Shown: positions 10,879 to 19,841 of the stretch, piece by piece | Position numbering within the stretch: position 1 is the first letter of the stretch | Layout: each line of letters opens with the position of its first letter | Origin: an uncultured bacterium | Lineage (GTDB): Bacteria; CSSED10-310; CAZUFC01 | Direction: 5' to 3' | Assembly (NCBI GenBank): GCA_964619725.1 | Contig: CAZUFC010000016.1 | Location: forward strand, 1-64,000 | Length of the DNA: 64,000 bases | Position numbers and translations under genes: made by a program | Notes under the pieces: model-generated | The model's input: the letters and a program-made list of their open reading frames with translations, nothing else | Told to the model about the DNA's origin: nothing | Databases searched by the model: none

Positions 10879-11115
10879 ATGAATCATAAATCTAAAGACA
10901 GAGAGAAACGAATCGAAGGAGTTTTCAATCAGCTTGGTCTCGGATTGGGCTGTGATCCTGAAAAGATACGAAAATTGCTTGACATGCGGGAAGAGATGGA
11001 AGCCAGGGCCGATTTGGAGATCATAAGAAAAGCGTTGAAAAAACGTAAAAAAAACGAAAAAAAGAGATTTTCAGGCTCTCAGTTCAAGGATACATTCGAA
11101 ATCGCTTCGGAATAA
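10879..11115 (+). CDS. Small basic hypothetical protein upstream of tmk
   Basis: 78-aa ORF filling the gap, same strand as tmk and 26 nt before it, with a GAGG element upstream. No recognisable motif. Confidence 0.5.
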   Translation: MNHKSKDREKRIEGVFNQLGLGLGCDPEKIRKLLDMREEMEARADLEIIRKALKKRKKNEKKRFSGSQFKDTFEIASE

Positions 11116-11141
11116 CTCGAAAACAATACGCGAGCGCTCAT

Positions 11142-11894
11142 ATGAAAAATTCAACATCTGACCAGGACCGGAAACAGAAAGGCTTATTCATTACATTCGA
11201 AGGCATTGAAGGTTCCGGTAAAACGACTCAAATGCGTTTATTCGACGCTCATTTGAGGAAAAAAGGGTACGAGGTCCACAGTACGCGTGAGCCCGGCGGC
11301 ACCCCCATCGGCGATCAAATCCGTAAAATTCTCCTCCGCTCAGGAAACTCTGAAATGCATCCTCTAACGGAAATGTTCCTGTTGGCCGCTAATCGGGCTC
11401 AGCATATCCATGACGTCATTCTCCCGGTTTTGAGCAGAGGAGCTGTCGTGCTGTGCGATCGTTACACGGATTCTTCATTGGCTTATCAGGCTTATGCCAG
11501 AGGCATTTCGACAGATACGGTCCTTTTTATGAACAAGATAGCGACTCAGAACAAGAAACCGGATTTAACTATCCTGATCGATATACCCGCAGAAAGCAGC
11601 CTGTCGCGAGCCAGAACGAGAAATGTGCAATTGTCGCTGATCAATGTTGAAGACCGTTTCGAGCAGGAAAACGAAGATTTTCATAGAGCTGTCAGGGAAG
11701 GCTATCTTCGAATGGCGGAAGAAGAACCTGGGCGATTTCTGCTGATTGACGGGAAAAATTCTATTGAAGGCGTCCATGAGGAATTGCTGCAGCGATTTGA
11801 ATCTCTCGGGATACTGGAACGGTATAATTTAAAAAATGAACTCAATCCAAGAAAACCAACCAAAAATAAAAGTAGTTGGAATCAGGGAACGTGA
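11142..11894 (+). CDS. tmk: Thymidylate kinase
   Basis: FITFEGIEGSGKTTQ, TREPGGT, CDRYTDSSLAYQ, 'DRFEQE...FHRAVREGY' motifs. Confidence 0.95.
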   Translation: MKNSTSDQDRKQKGLFITFEGIEGSGKTTQMRLFDAHLRKKGYEVHSTREPGGTPIGDQIRKILLRSGNSEMHPLTEMFLLAANRAQHIHDVILPVLSRGAVVLCDRYTDSSLAYQAYARGISTDTVLFMNKIATQNKKPDLTILIDIPAESSLSRARTRNVQLSLINVEDRFEQENEDFHRAVREGYLRMAEEEPGRFLLIDGKNSIEGVHEELLQRFESLGILERYNLKNELNPRKPTKNKSSWNQGT

Positions 11895-12753
11895 AACCAA
11901 CAAGCTGGATTTCCTGCCTATAAACGATAATGAATTCAAACGCGGTGAAATCTGCGTCATTGAAACATCAATGGGTATCGACACGGGCGTCGTCATTACC
12001 GGCACTCTGGAAGTGGAACAACGGCATTTGAATCAGAACGGATGCAAGTTCATACGAAAAGCTGATCACGACGATTTAAAAAATCTCAAGAAAAACAAAT
12101 CAAGAGAAAAAACCGCGTATAAATCATGTCTCGCTAAAATCGCCGTACGTAAATTACCCATGAAACTCGTCGGCGTAAAATACCTGCTAGATGCCAGTAA
12201 AGCCATTTTTTTCTTCACCGCTGACGGACGCATAGATTTTAGGGGACTCGTCAGAGACCTGGCAAGAGAATTTAAATGCCGTATTGAAATGAAACAGATC
12301 GGCGTCAGGGATGAAGCTAAAATGCTCGGCGGTCTCGGTATCTGCGGCAGGGAACTCTGCTGTTGCGCCTTTCTCCGCGATTTCGAACCAGTTTCGATCC
12401 GAATGGCTAAAGAACAAGGCCTTACTCTTATCCCTTCTAAAATCTCCGGTATTTGCGGCCGGCTGATGTGCTGCCTGGTTTACGAGTATGAGGATTACCT
12501 GGAAATCAGAAAACAACTGCCTAGACTCGGTCGTAAAATCAATACTTTGAAAGGACCCGCTAAACTTCTGAACATCAATGTACTTAGAGAATCGGTCACC
12601 GTCGAATACGAAAACGGAGAAAAAGCCGATCTCTCCATCATTGAAGTCACCAAACTCCCTCTTACGGCCAAGTCAGCATGTAAAAACTGCAAATCTAATC
12701 CCAATTCAGACCAGAAAAGACAAGACGAGCGCCGAACAGATAGGGATTCTTAA
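11836..12753 (+). CDS. ricT: PSP1-domain protein (RicT/YaaT family)
   Basis: 'FTADGRIDFRGLVRDLA', 'IEMKQIGVRDEAK', 'CGRELCC', 'KISGICGRLMCCL' motifs. Confidence 0.88.
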   Translation: MNSIQENQPKIKVVGIRERETNKLDFLPINDNEFKRGEICVIETSMGIDTGVVITGTLEVEQRHLNQNGCKFIRKADHDDLKNLKKNKSREKTAYKSCLAKIAVRKLPMKLVGVKYLLDASKAIFFFTADGRIDFRGLVRDLAREFKCRIEMKQIGVRDEAKMLGGLGICGRELCCCAFLRDFEPVSIRMAKEQGLTLIPSKISGICGRLMCCLVYEYEDYLEIRKQLPRLGRKINTLKGPAKLLNINVLRESVTVEYENGEKADLSIIEVTKLPLTAKSACKNCKSNPNSDQKRQDERRTDRDS

Positions 12754-13368
12754 GTTATCGTTGATGATACGCAAGGGCAGGAATTCCACCATCGCTGCAG
12801 TCAATGCCCCGGCCAAAGCTATCGGCGGAGGAAAAAAGAACAGCGCTGCCAGAAAACATACCTGTAAACACGCAAAAGCCCCTTCCAACGTCTTTCCCCA
12901 TATCTTAACTTCGCCGAAACGCTTGCCGATCAATGCCGCAGCAGGATCGCCCACGGATAAAAACAACAAGGCCGTGATGGCCGTGTTCTTCTCAAAAAAA
13001 GATATGACGAAAAACGATGCTATTACAAAATATGTCGCGGTATTTAAACTGTTCTCTTCACTCTTTCGCATTAATGCCGAAAAATTTTTCAAATAGAACC
13101 TGTTGAAACTGGGAACCAGCAACCGCAATACATCCGATCCCGCCAATATTATTAAAAAAGGCAACAAAAGGCCTACGGCTATCTCGCGACTCATCCCCGT
13201 AATTAAATAAATAAATGGGATAATCGATCCGGCAAAAAAGTGAAACGCTTTTCTCGGTATTTCATAGTCCAACTCGTCCATAAAACCTGAGTCCGCTTTC
13301 GCCAACGATGCTGATGTATAGTTATGCTTCTCAAATTTATTCAACGTTGCTGTGTCTGTTCGCTTCAT
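12706..13368 (-). CDS. CTP-dependent polyprenol/diacylglycerol kinase family membrane protein
   Basis: 'RKAFH', 'GDPAAALIGKRFG', 'KTLEG', 'NDNLRIP' motifs. Start placed at ATG 13368, which has a GGGGAAG RBS and lies downstream of the sigma54 site. Confidence 0.8.
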   Translation of the reverse strand: MKRTDTATLNKFEKHNYTSASLAKADSGFMDELDYEIPRKAFHFFAGSIIPFIYLITGMSREIAVGLLLPFLIILAGSDVLRLLVPSFNRFYLKNFSALMRKSEENSLNTATYFVIASFFVISFFEKNTAITALLFLSVGDPAAALIGKRFGEVKIWGKTLEGAFACLQVCFLAALFFFPPPIALAGALTAAMVEFLPLRIINDNLRIPICSALVLSFLV

Positions 13369-13393
13369 TGCTTCCCCCAATCCACGGCTATAC

Positions 13394-13409
13394 AGCAATT
13401 TTCATGCCG
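13394..13409 (-). promoter_or_regulatory. Sigma54 promoter of the polyprenol-kinase-family gene
   Basis: Minus strand CGGCATGAAAATTGCT: GG-N10-GC, nearly consensus, 25 nt upstream of ATG 13368. Confidence 0.65.
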
Positions 13410-13682
13410 AAATTAATTCAACGCCGACAAGCGCCTCATCCGCAATAGAACAATCAATTTTATTCTTTAAAAATAATAATTTATACTATTGCCGTTCTTT
13501 TTCTTCCCTCTGACCGAAAAAGCGCAAATAACGAATATCAATGCATACTTTCTTTTACGGTGCGTAAAACATTTTACGCCTGACCGCAGCCTTAACGCGG
13601 CTTTCTCTTCAAAAAACAGTATTGGCAGTCAAACCGGAATATGTTATATTGCAGTGAAACGCAAATGGAGGTGATGGAATCG

Positions 13683-15098
13683 ATGGCGGTTGAAAACAAA
13701 ATCGCGCGAATTAAGAAGCGCACGGGAGCGCTTGTGCCGTTTGATTCTGAAAGGATCATGTCGGCGATACTGGGAGCGGCGAAATCTATCGGAGGATTTG
13801 CCCAGGACATTATTCCGAAAACGATATATTCGACATTCCGGGAAAAATCGGATCATGAGATAGCGGAATTATTATGCGACGACGTGTTAATGTGTTTGAA
13901 CGCAAACAACGCAAATGTGAATCGTGAGACGCCGCCTGATGTGGAAACGATCCAGGACATGGTGCTTCATGTTCTCCGAAGCAGGGGATTCTCGGACACG
14001 GCTGACGTATATGAAGTCTATCGTTCGGGGAGGGCGAAGATTCGGGAAGGCGATATCGACAAGCAGCGCTTTGCGGGAAACGGTTTTCCTGAGCAGAAGG
14101 TCGAAGAGATCAAGCAGTGGAATATCGAGCGCCATTGCGAGACAGTCCAGAAATTAAATGCGTGGGTTTTAAGCGGCCGATTCAAGGAATTAGTGGATGC
14201 ATCGATCGCGGAATATGATCGACAACTGGACGAAGCAGCCCAAAAATTCCTGGACAAGGGAAATGTTAAACTGCTCATGGTAACGGGTCCTTCCTCTTCC
14301 GGCAAGACCACCACGACGATGAAACTTGCGCAGAGACTGGCGAAAAAAGGATTCAAATTTCATACTCTGAATCTGGACGATTATTTCCTGGGTTTGACGG
14401 ATTATCCTCAGGATTCGTTCGGGGATTGGGATTTCGAAACGCCTCATGCCTTGCGCCTGGATATGATAAACGATCATCTGGGTAAGCTTCTCCAGGGAGA
14501 GACCATCAGCAAACCCAAGTATGATTTTAAAAGAGGCGTCAGTATTCCGAATTATGAGGAGATGAAGATAGAGAAGGATGAGATACTTTTGATCGACAGC
14601 CTTCACGGATTGTATCCGCCTATGACGTCGAAAGTGCCGGAAGATGTGAAATTCAAACTATACATCGAACTGATAAGCTACTTGAAAATAGGGGACGGCA
14701 GTTCCGGGGTTCTAACCAAGTGGACGGACGTTCGAATGTTAAGGCGGATGCTGCGGGACCGCGATCACCGCAATCATTCCCCGAAGATGACTCTGGGTCA
14801 CTGGCATTTCGTGCGTCGCGGCGAATTACGCGATATGATACCCTACATACGCACCGTCGATTATATTATAAACGGAGGCCTCTCTTTTGAATTGCCCATC
14901 TTAAAAAAATGCTTAGGCTCAGATTTTCCGGACCCTGAAACTTTTCTTAAACAGGGTCGCATGGATGCCTATCTGAGAGGCGTAAGAACCAGACGCCTCC
15001 TGGATTCACTCGTCACTCCGGATGATATCTCGACCAAACTTATACCTGGTGATTGCCATTTAAGAGAATTTATCGGCGGAAGCGAACTGAAATATTGA
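13683..15098 (+). CDS. ATP-cone domain fused to a uridine-kinase-family P-loop domain
   Basis: N-terminal 'IKKRTGALVPFDSERIMSAI...VETIQDMV...YEVYR' ATP cone; GPSSSGKTT, LDDYF and 'PKYDFKRG' kinase motifs; GGAGGTG RBS before ATG 13683. Confidence 0.8.
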   Translation: MAVENKIARIKKRTGALVPFDSERIMSAILGAAKSIGGFAQDIIPKTIYSTFREKSDHEIAELLCDDVLMCLNANNANVNRETPPDVETIQDMVLHVLRSRGFSDTADVYEVYRSGRAKIREGDIDKQRFAGNGFPEQKVEEIKQWNIERHCETVQKLNAWVLSGRFKELVDASIAEYDRQLDEAAQKFLDKGNVKLLMVTGPSSSGKTTTTMKLAQRLAKKGFKFHTLNLDDYFLGLTDYPQDSFGDWDFETPHALRLDMINDHLGKLLQGETISKPKYDFKRGVSIPNYEEMKIEKDEILLIDSLHGLYPPMTSKVPEDVKFKLYIELISYLKIGDGSSGVLTKWTDVRMLRRMLRDRDHRNHSPKMTLGHWHFVRRGELRDMIPYIRTVDYIINGGLSFELPILKKCLGSDFPDPETFLKQGRMDAYLRGVRTRRLLDSLVTPDDISTKLIPGDCHLREFIGGSELKY

Positions 15099-15391
15099 TT
15101 TTCTCAAAAAAACCCTTTGATTTTCACCTCAATTCACGGGAACTTTTGGAGACTGATCAAACCTGACTTAGGCTTCTTTCAAAACTTATGACAGTGTGTT
15201 TCAGTAATCGGGGTCGGTATCTGGGTCGTTTTCAAAACAAAATGATGGGAGATTCTGTCGAATTGCAACCTCAAAAGAGGTGTTTTTGTTCAATGCCAAT
15301 TATTGTTATTCATTTAAACGTCTCTTAGGCGATATTCGCCATCGAGCGGCGGCATCTTTTTACAATCATCGCGGCAGCGGGAGAAATTTTT

Positions 15392-15625
15392 ATGAATGAA
15401 GCCGATAATAAAGGAAACAGATTCGGCAGGCTGCGCTCAAAAGCATTCTGGATATTGACGGCTTTTGTCGCTCTGGACAATGTCGTACCCTTTGTTTCCG
15501 TCACTTCCTGGGTCCTCCTGATCGGACTTTTCGTCCCGGAATACCTGGTCAGGACGGCCGCTTATCTCCTGAACGCATACTATGAAATGAAAGGCGTAAA
15601 ATTGGAGATTACTCCGAAATCATGA
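15392..15625 (+). CDS. Small membrane protein of unknown function
   Basis: 77 aa with a long central hydrophobic stretch and a GGGAGA RBS, in an otherwise empty gap. Confidence 0.55.
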   Translation: MNEADNKGNRFGRLRSKAFWILTAFVALDNVVPFVSVTSWVLLIGLFVPEYLVRTAAYLLNAYYEMKGVKLEITPKS

Positions 15626-15796
15626 ATCTATTATGACTTCTGAGGTGTTCGCTCCTGAAATATGAGATTCGTAAAGGTCTTACGTCGGTACTGCGAATCA
15701 TATTTTAAGGATTGAACAAATATTTTATGAAAAAGCGCAATCCCGGCTTGATGAGTCCCCTGTTTTTTCTTTACCTTTATCCGACGGCGTTCCCCG

Positions 15797-17116
15797 TCAT
15801 GTCCCGGAAACGATCAGATTCTCGAATCTCAATGCGGCCGGACCGTAATAATCGCCGCGAAAAACTTTTTCGCTTGAAAGTCGAGCATTCAGCAACGCAT
15901 CGAAGATGTTGCCGCTGATCGCGCCGCCCCTTATGGGTCTTATGCCTTTGGAGGAATATTCATATCCCGTTCTTATTTCCCCCTTAAAATCACCGGTTAC
16001 CGGGTCGGGCATCAAGGAGGAAAAGGAAGGGATATGATAAAGCAACGCGTTTCCGTTCCGGTGAATCAGCTCTTGCCAGCCGGCCTTTCCTTCCTGCAGT
16101 ATAACATTGCCTGTCGGTCCTGTGGGCCTGATATTCAAATAATCGGCATATTTCTGGTCGCATATTAAGTTCTTGAATATGTTATCTTCGATTACCTTTA
16201 CTTCTTGCGGCGGCAATCCCTCCGGCCCGAAGGGAACAGTTTTATTGCCCATAGGCCATGTCGCATCGACTTTCAAACTGACGGCATCACCGTTAAAGCA
16301 TCCGTTCGTGATGGGTTTATCTTTTTTAAATCTTGAAAGTCCTTCATAAGTGGCTCTTCCTGAAGAATGAAATAGCAGGGGGGCAAAGAAATGATCAAGA
16401 GCTGAATCGCTGATGATCACGGGAAATGTCCCGGTCTGGGGCAAGGAACCTGAAAGACGATCTCGGGCGAATGCGGAATATGATCGTACAATGTTCTCCA
16501 GGTCCATTTTATTGAACGAACGCCTGTGAATCTCGATTTGTTGATCGATCTGATCCCCGTTTTTTTCGGCAAGCAGAATAAGATACATGCTGCAGAACGT
16601 CTCTTCCCCCTTCAGTTCCAACTGATTGGAATTAACCAGCAGAGTCGTGCGAAATGTCAGATAAAGCTCCGAATGACTGATGCTGATATTTTTTTCTTTC
16701 CTAACCAGTCTTATGATTTTGTTAGCGATATCTGACAGAAGGTCCTGAAAATGCGCTTTATAACCGTTTTCAAAACAATCGGCGGGGGGATAGATCAGAC
16801 CGGAAACAGGCAGCGTTCTCAGGGGATTGTAAACGCAGCCGGCATGTCTCAAACCCTGTTTAAGCATCTTGAGGAAATCGCTTTTCGTCATATCCGCCGT
16901 CACCGGAAAACTCGTATGCCCCAACTTCGGCTTTTCGGAATCACCATTTTCATGAATCAAAAAGAGCCGGAATTTACCGGCACGATCTTTGACTTTACGT
17001 TTAGCTTCTATTTTTTCTCCATAGAGAAACAACTGATAATGCGTACTGTTCTGTCGGGAAAAGTCCCACATTTCCAAACCGGCCTTTTGCGTCATTTCTT
17101 TAACGAATTGAATCAT
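15797..17116 (-). CDS. TldE/PmbA-like metalloprotease partner
   Basis: Overlaps the tldD stop; C-terminal 'DPVTGDFKGEIRTG...GGAISGNIF' TldD/PmbA-type pattern; no HExxxH motif. Confidence 0.75.
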   Translation of the reverse strand: MIQFVKEMTQKAGLEMWDFSRQNSTHYQLFLYGEKIEAKRKVKDRAGKFRLFLIHENGDSEKPKLGHTSFPVTADMTKSDFLKMLKQGLRHAGCVYNPLRTLPVSGLIYPPADCFENGYKAHFQDLLSDIANKIIRLVRKEKNISISHSELYLTFRTTLLVNSNQLELKGEETFCSMYLILLAEKNGDQIDQQIEIHRRSFNKMDLENIVRSYSAFARDRLSGSLPQTGTFPVIISDSALDHFFAPLLFHSSGRATYEGLSRFKKDKPITNGCFNGDAVSLKVDATWPMGNKTVPFGPEGLPPQEVKVIEDNIFKNLICDQKYADYLNIRPTGPTGNVILQEGKAGWQELIHRNGNALLYHIPSFSSLMPDPVTGDFKGEIRTGYEYSSKGIRPIRGGAISGNIFDALLNARLSSEKVFRGDYYGPAALRFENLIVSGT

Positions 17117-18570
17117 CAGGTTAATCTTCCTTCGAGTAAGAGATAGGGGCCGCCCGAACCGACAGGAATCCAGTCTTTACGGAAAGTTTTACCGCATTTT
17201 CCGAGTCCGGTAGCGGCGAATTGCCTGCTTATTCCGCTGATGCTCTTGAGCAAATCCGGCACATATCCCGTCAGGACAAGCGGAGAAAAAACTCTGCCCG
17301 TAAACTTCCCGTCTCGTATTTCCTCGCCTGTTTGAACTGAAATTTCAATGCCCCATCCAAGCGGGTCTTCCATGCCGGAACCGCCGTTTTTCAGAAGAAC
17401 GCCGTGCTGGACTTTATTTATTAGACTTTCGACATCTTCTCTTCCGGGAGCAATATACGTGTTGCTCATTCTTGAATAGGTTTTCCTTCGAAAATTTTCG
17501 CGTCTGCCGTTCGGGGTCCTTTTCATTCCCAGTAGCGTCGCTGAATGAAAATCGGTAATTCCGCTTACCAGAATGCCTTTATCGATTATCTGAGTCGCTG
17601 ATGCCTGAAAACCTTCATCATCAAAATAGTAATAACCGGCTGAAGTTAAACCGGCCGGGCTGTCGTACATATCCACCATAGGCGCCGCTACCTGCTTGCC
17701 GATGTATTCTTGCGCTCTGGCGCATTTTTTCAAAAACATATCCGTTTCAACGCCATGGCCGAATGCTTCGTGAGCGATTACGCCGGATATCAACGGCGTA
17801 GTCAGGAGTTGATAAATCCCCGGTTTGATGGACTCAGCCCTCAATTGCTCGACTGCTCCGTTTACAACCTGCCGCACTTTTTCCTCAGAGGTGAATTCTC
17901 TGAACTTTTCGTATCCTCCGACAGAAGTATTGCCTTCATGATTGCGTCGAGTCATATTCCTATCCGTCACATAACAGTTCATTGAAACCGAAACGAAACG
18001 TAAATCCTGACTCAGAAGCTTGTAACGGTCTGCAAAAAATTTCAGAATTCTTGATTCCGTATATACGACTCGGGCATGCTTCACTCGTCCATCGCTGCTG
18101 ATTATTCTCTGAACAAGCCGATGCAAATCCTCGTACTTTACCTCAAAAGGAATATCCGAAAAGTCCTCATCAAATTCCGAAATGTAATGCCTTATCACTC
18201 TCTCTTTTCCAATTTCAGCATTTTCAAGAATGAAGCTGTGATCCGGCTTCCTTTCCAGGATATTATCCGTCCATTTCTTCGCTTCTTTAACCAGCTCCTC
18301 CGGTCTTGTCTCCGCAATCCCCAGTTCAACGACTTCACCTCCGTTGAAACCTGAAAATACCGTCCCGTTTGATACCTCCGGCTTCGTAATAATAGAATCT
18401 TTATCCGAAAAAACATATCTCGTGATCTCTTCCAGGCTCACCGACATACTCGAATAACCGAATTTTTCTTCAAGGATTTCAATTATCTCCGGCGCCCTCT
18501 CCCTGTATTTTTTAATCTCATCCGGCAATCGTCCGCTCTCCATCTCCCGCGCTCCTTCCAGTAAACGCAT
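17116..18570 (-). CDS. tldD: TldD-family metalloprotease
   Basis: HEAFGHGVE, 'FDDEG', 'NGRRE', 'RMSNTYI' and C-terminal 'CGK...PVGSGGP' motifs. Confidence 0.88.
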   Translation of the reverse strand: MRLLEGAREMESGRLPDEIKKYRERAPEIIEILEEKFGYSSMSVSLEEITRYVFSDKDSIITKPEVSNGTVFSGFNGGEVVELGIAETRPEELVKEAKKWTDNILERKPDHSFILENAEIGKERVIRHYISEFDEDFSDIPFEVKYEDLHRLVQRIISSDGRVKHARVVYTESRILKFFADRYKLLSQDLRFVSVSMNCYVTDRNMTRRNHEGNTSVGGYEKFREFTSEEKVRQVVNGAVEQLRAESIKPGIYQLLTTPLISGVIAHEAFGHGVETDMFLKKCARAQEYIGKQVAAPMVDMYDSPAGLTSAGYYYFDDEGFQASATQIIDKGILVSGITDFHSATLLGMKRTPNGRRENFRRKTYSRMSNTYIAPGREDVESLINKVQHGVLLKNGGSGMEDPLGWGIEISVQTGEEIRDGKFTGRVFSPLVLTGYVPDLLKSISGISRQFAATGLGKCGKTFRKDWIPVGSGGPYLLLEGRLT

Positions 18571-18870
18571 TTAAACGCCTCCGCATTATACTCACTTCAC
18601 GGGCAGGTTCAACAATGGAAATGAGTTTATATTCAATTTCGACTGAATGGCGTCATATTTAAATTCGACAAGCAAAACGATCACTACCATGAATAAACTC
18701 TTAACTTTGCAGCAGTTAAATCACGGCAACAATTTTTCGGGATTTATCAGATCGATCTTCCGCTTTTAATAAAACATTTTACTGATTGAAATCACCATAA
18801 GAAAATTGACCCTCAACGCCATATACCCTTCTGCCGAACTAACCGCTATGTTTCATCCAGGGCCATTTTT

Positions 18871-18961
18871 ATCGGGGTCGGTATCGGGATCAGGGTTCAG
18901 GATCGGTATCGGTATCGATATCGGGGTCGGAGTCGGAATCGGTATCGGGATCGGAGTCGGC
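18871..18961. repeat. Degenerate hexamer tandem array (RTCGGN) of about 15 units
   Basis: atcggg gtcggt atcggg atcagg gttcagg atcggt atcggt atcgat atcggg gtcgga gtcgga atcggt atcggg atcgga gtcggc. Shorter related runs occur near 15207 and 19655. Confidence 0.85.
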
Positions 18962-19167
18962 GAATGACCGCTAAGAGCATTCTGGAATAAACGTGGGTTG
19001 CAGCATACGCGCTTATTGAAAAAAACCACTGGGGACCGAGGTTGATCGGCGGATTTTTTTTACTTTATTTTGCCTTTAAACGTCAGGGGTTTCAGAGAAC
19101 TCATGGGAAAGCGGCAGGATGCCGCTTCTACTTTCTTTCCTTCCTTCGTTTTTCGGCGGGTTGCCGG
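18957..19167. repeat. ~210-bp direct repeat, copy 1
   Basis: Near-identical to 19295-19504; one G indel and one C/T change were seen. Confidence 0.9.
19109..19131 (-). repeat. GTAG-type REP-like palindrome
   Basis: Minus strand GTAG-AAGCGGCA-TCC-TGCCGCTT. Identical copy at 19446-19468; degenerate inverted copy GTAGACGCGGCATACTGC starting at 19190. Confidence 0.65.
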
Positions 19168-19294
19168 AAAAAAATGGTTGTTTCGAATTGTAGACGCGGC
19201 ATACTGCATCGTTCCGTCTAGCTTTATGATATTCCACAGGCTGAATAGGCATGGCTCAGGATTGTCATGCAGCGGACTTCCGTTGAAGCTTTTT

Positions 19295-19504
19295 TCGGCG
19301 AATGACCGCTAAGAGCATTCTGGAATAAACGTGGGTTGCAGCATACGCGCTTATTGAAAAAAACCACTGGGGACCGAGGTTGATCGGCGGATTTTTTTTA
19401 CTTTATTTTGCCTTTAAACGTCAGGGGTTTCAGAGAACTCATGGAAAGCGGCAGGATGCCGCTTCTACTTTCTTTCCTTCCTTTGTTTTTCGGCGGGTTG
19501 CCGG
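19295..19504. repeat. ~210-bp direct repeat, copy 2
   Basis: Near-identical to 18957-19167. Confidence 0.9.
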
Positions 19505-19841
19505 GTAAATTGTTACTGATTAAGAGAGAAAACAATTTGTCTCAATAAAAAAAATCGGCTAATTGAATTCCCCATCAGTAAACGGCCTCTTACCCACGAG
19601 AATCTGTTCGACACACTCAGCGCTGTTTTTGATCGAGTGGACTTTATGCCTGTAATCGGAGTCAGTATCGATATCGCAGTCGAAACAACTAATTTCGCAG
19701 CGCTTTCCATAAAAAGAGGGTGTTTATCAGACGTTGTTGCGGCAGTCTGTTTAGGTTAAATTGAATTGTGAATAGTCAAGGAACATCAATCAAAACCGTC
19801 GTTATTGCTCTTGCAACAGTTTGTATATGGAAATATCTCCG

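Noticed and set aside
18871-19504. Possible CRISPR array
   Set aside because: There is no constant 23-47-bp repeat with unique spacers, only a hexamer array and a two-copy duplication, and no cas genes were seen.
19070-19710. Short ORFs 19070-19312 (+) and 19513-19710 (-)
   Set aside because: They lie in repeat-derived DNA. The second repeat copy has a 1-bp indel that would shift the first ORF's frame.
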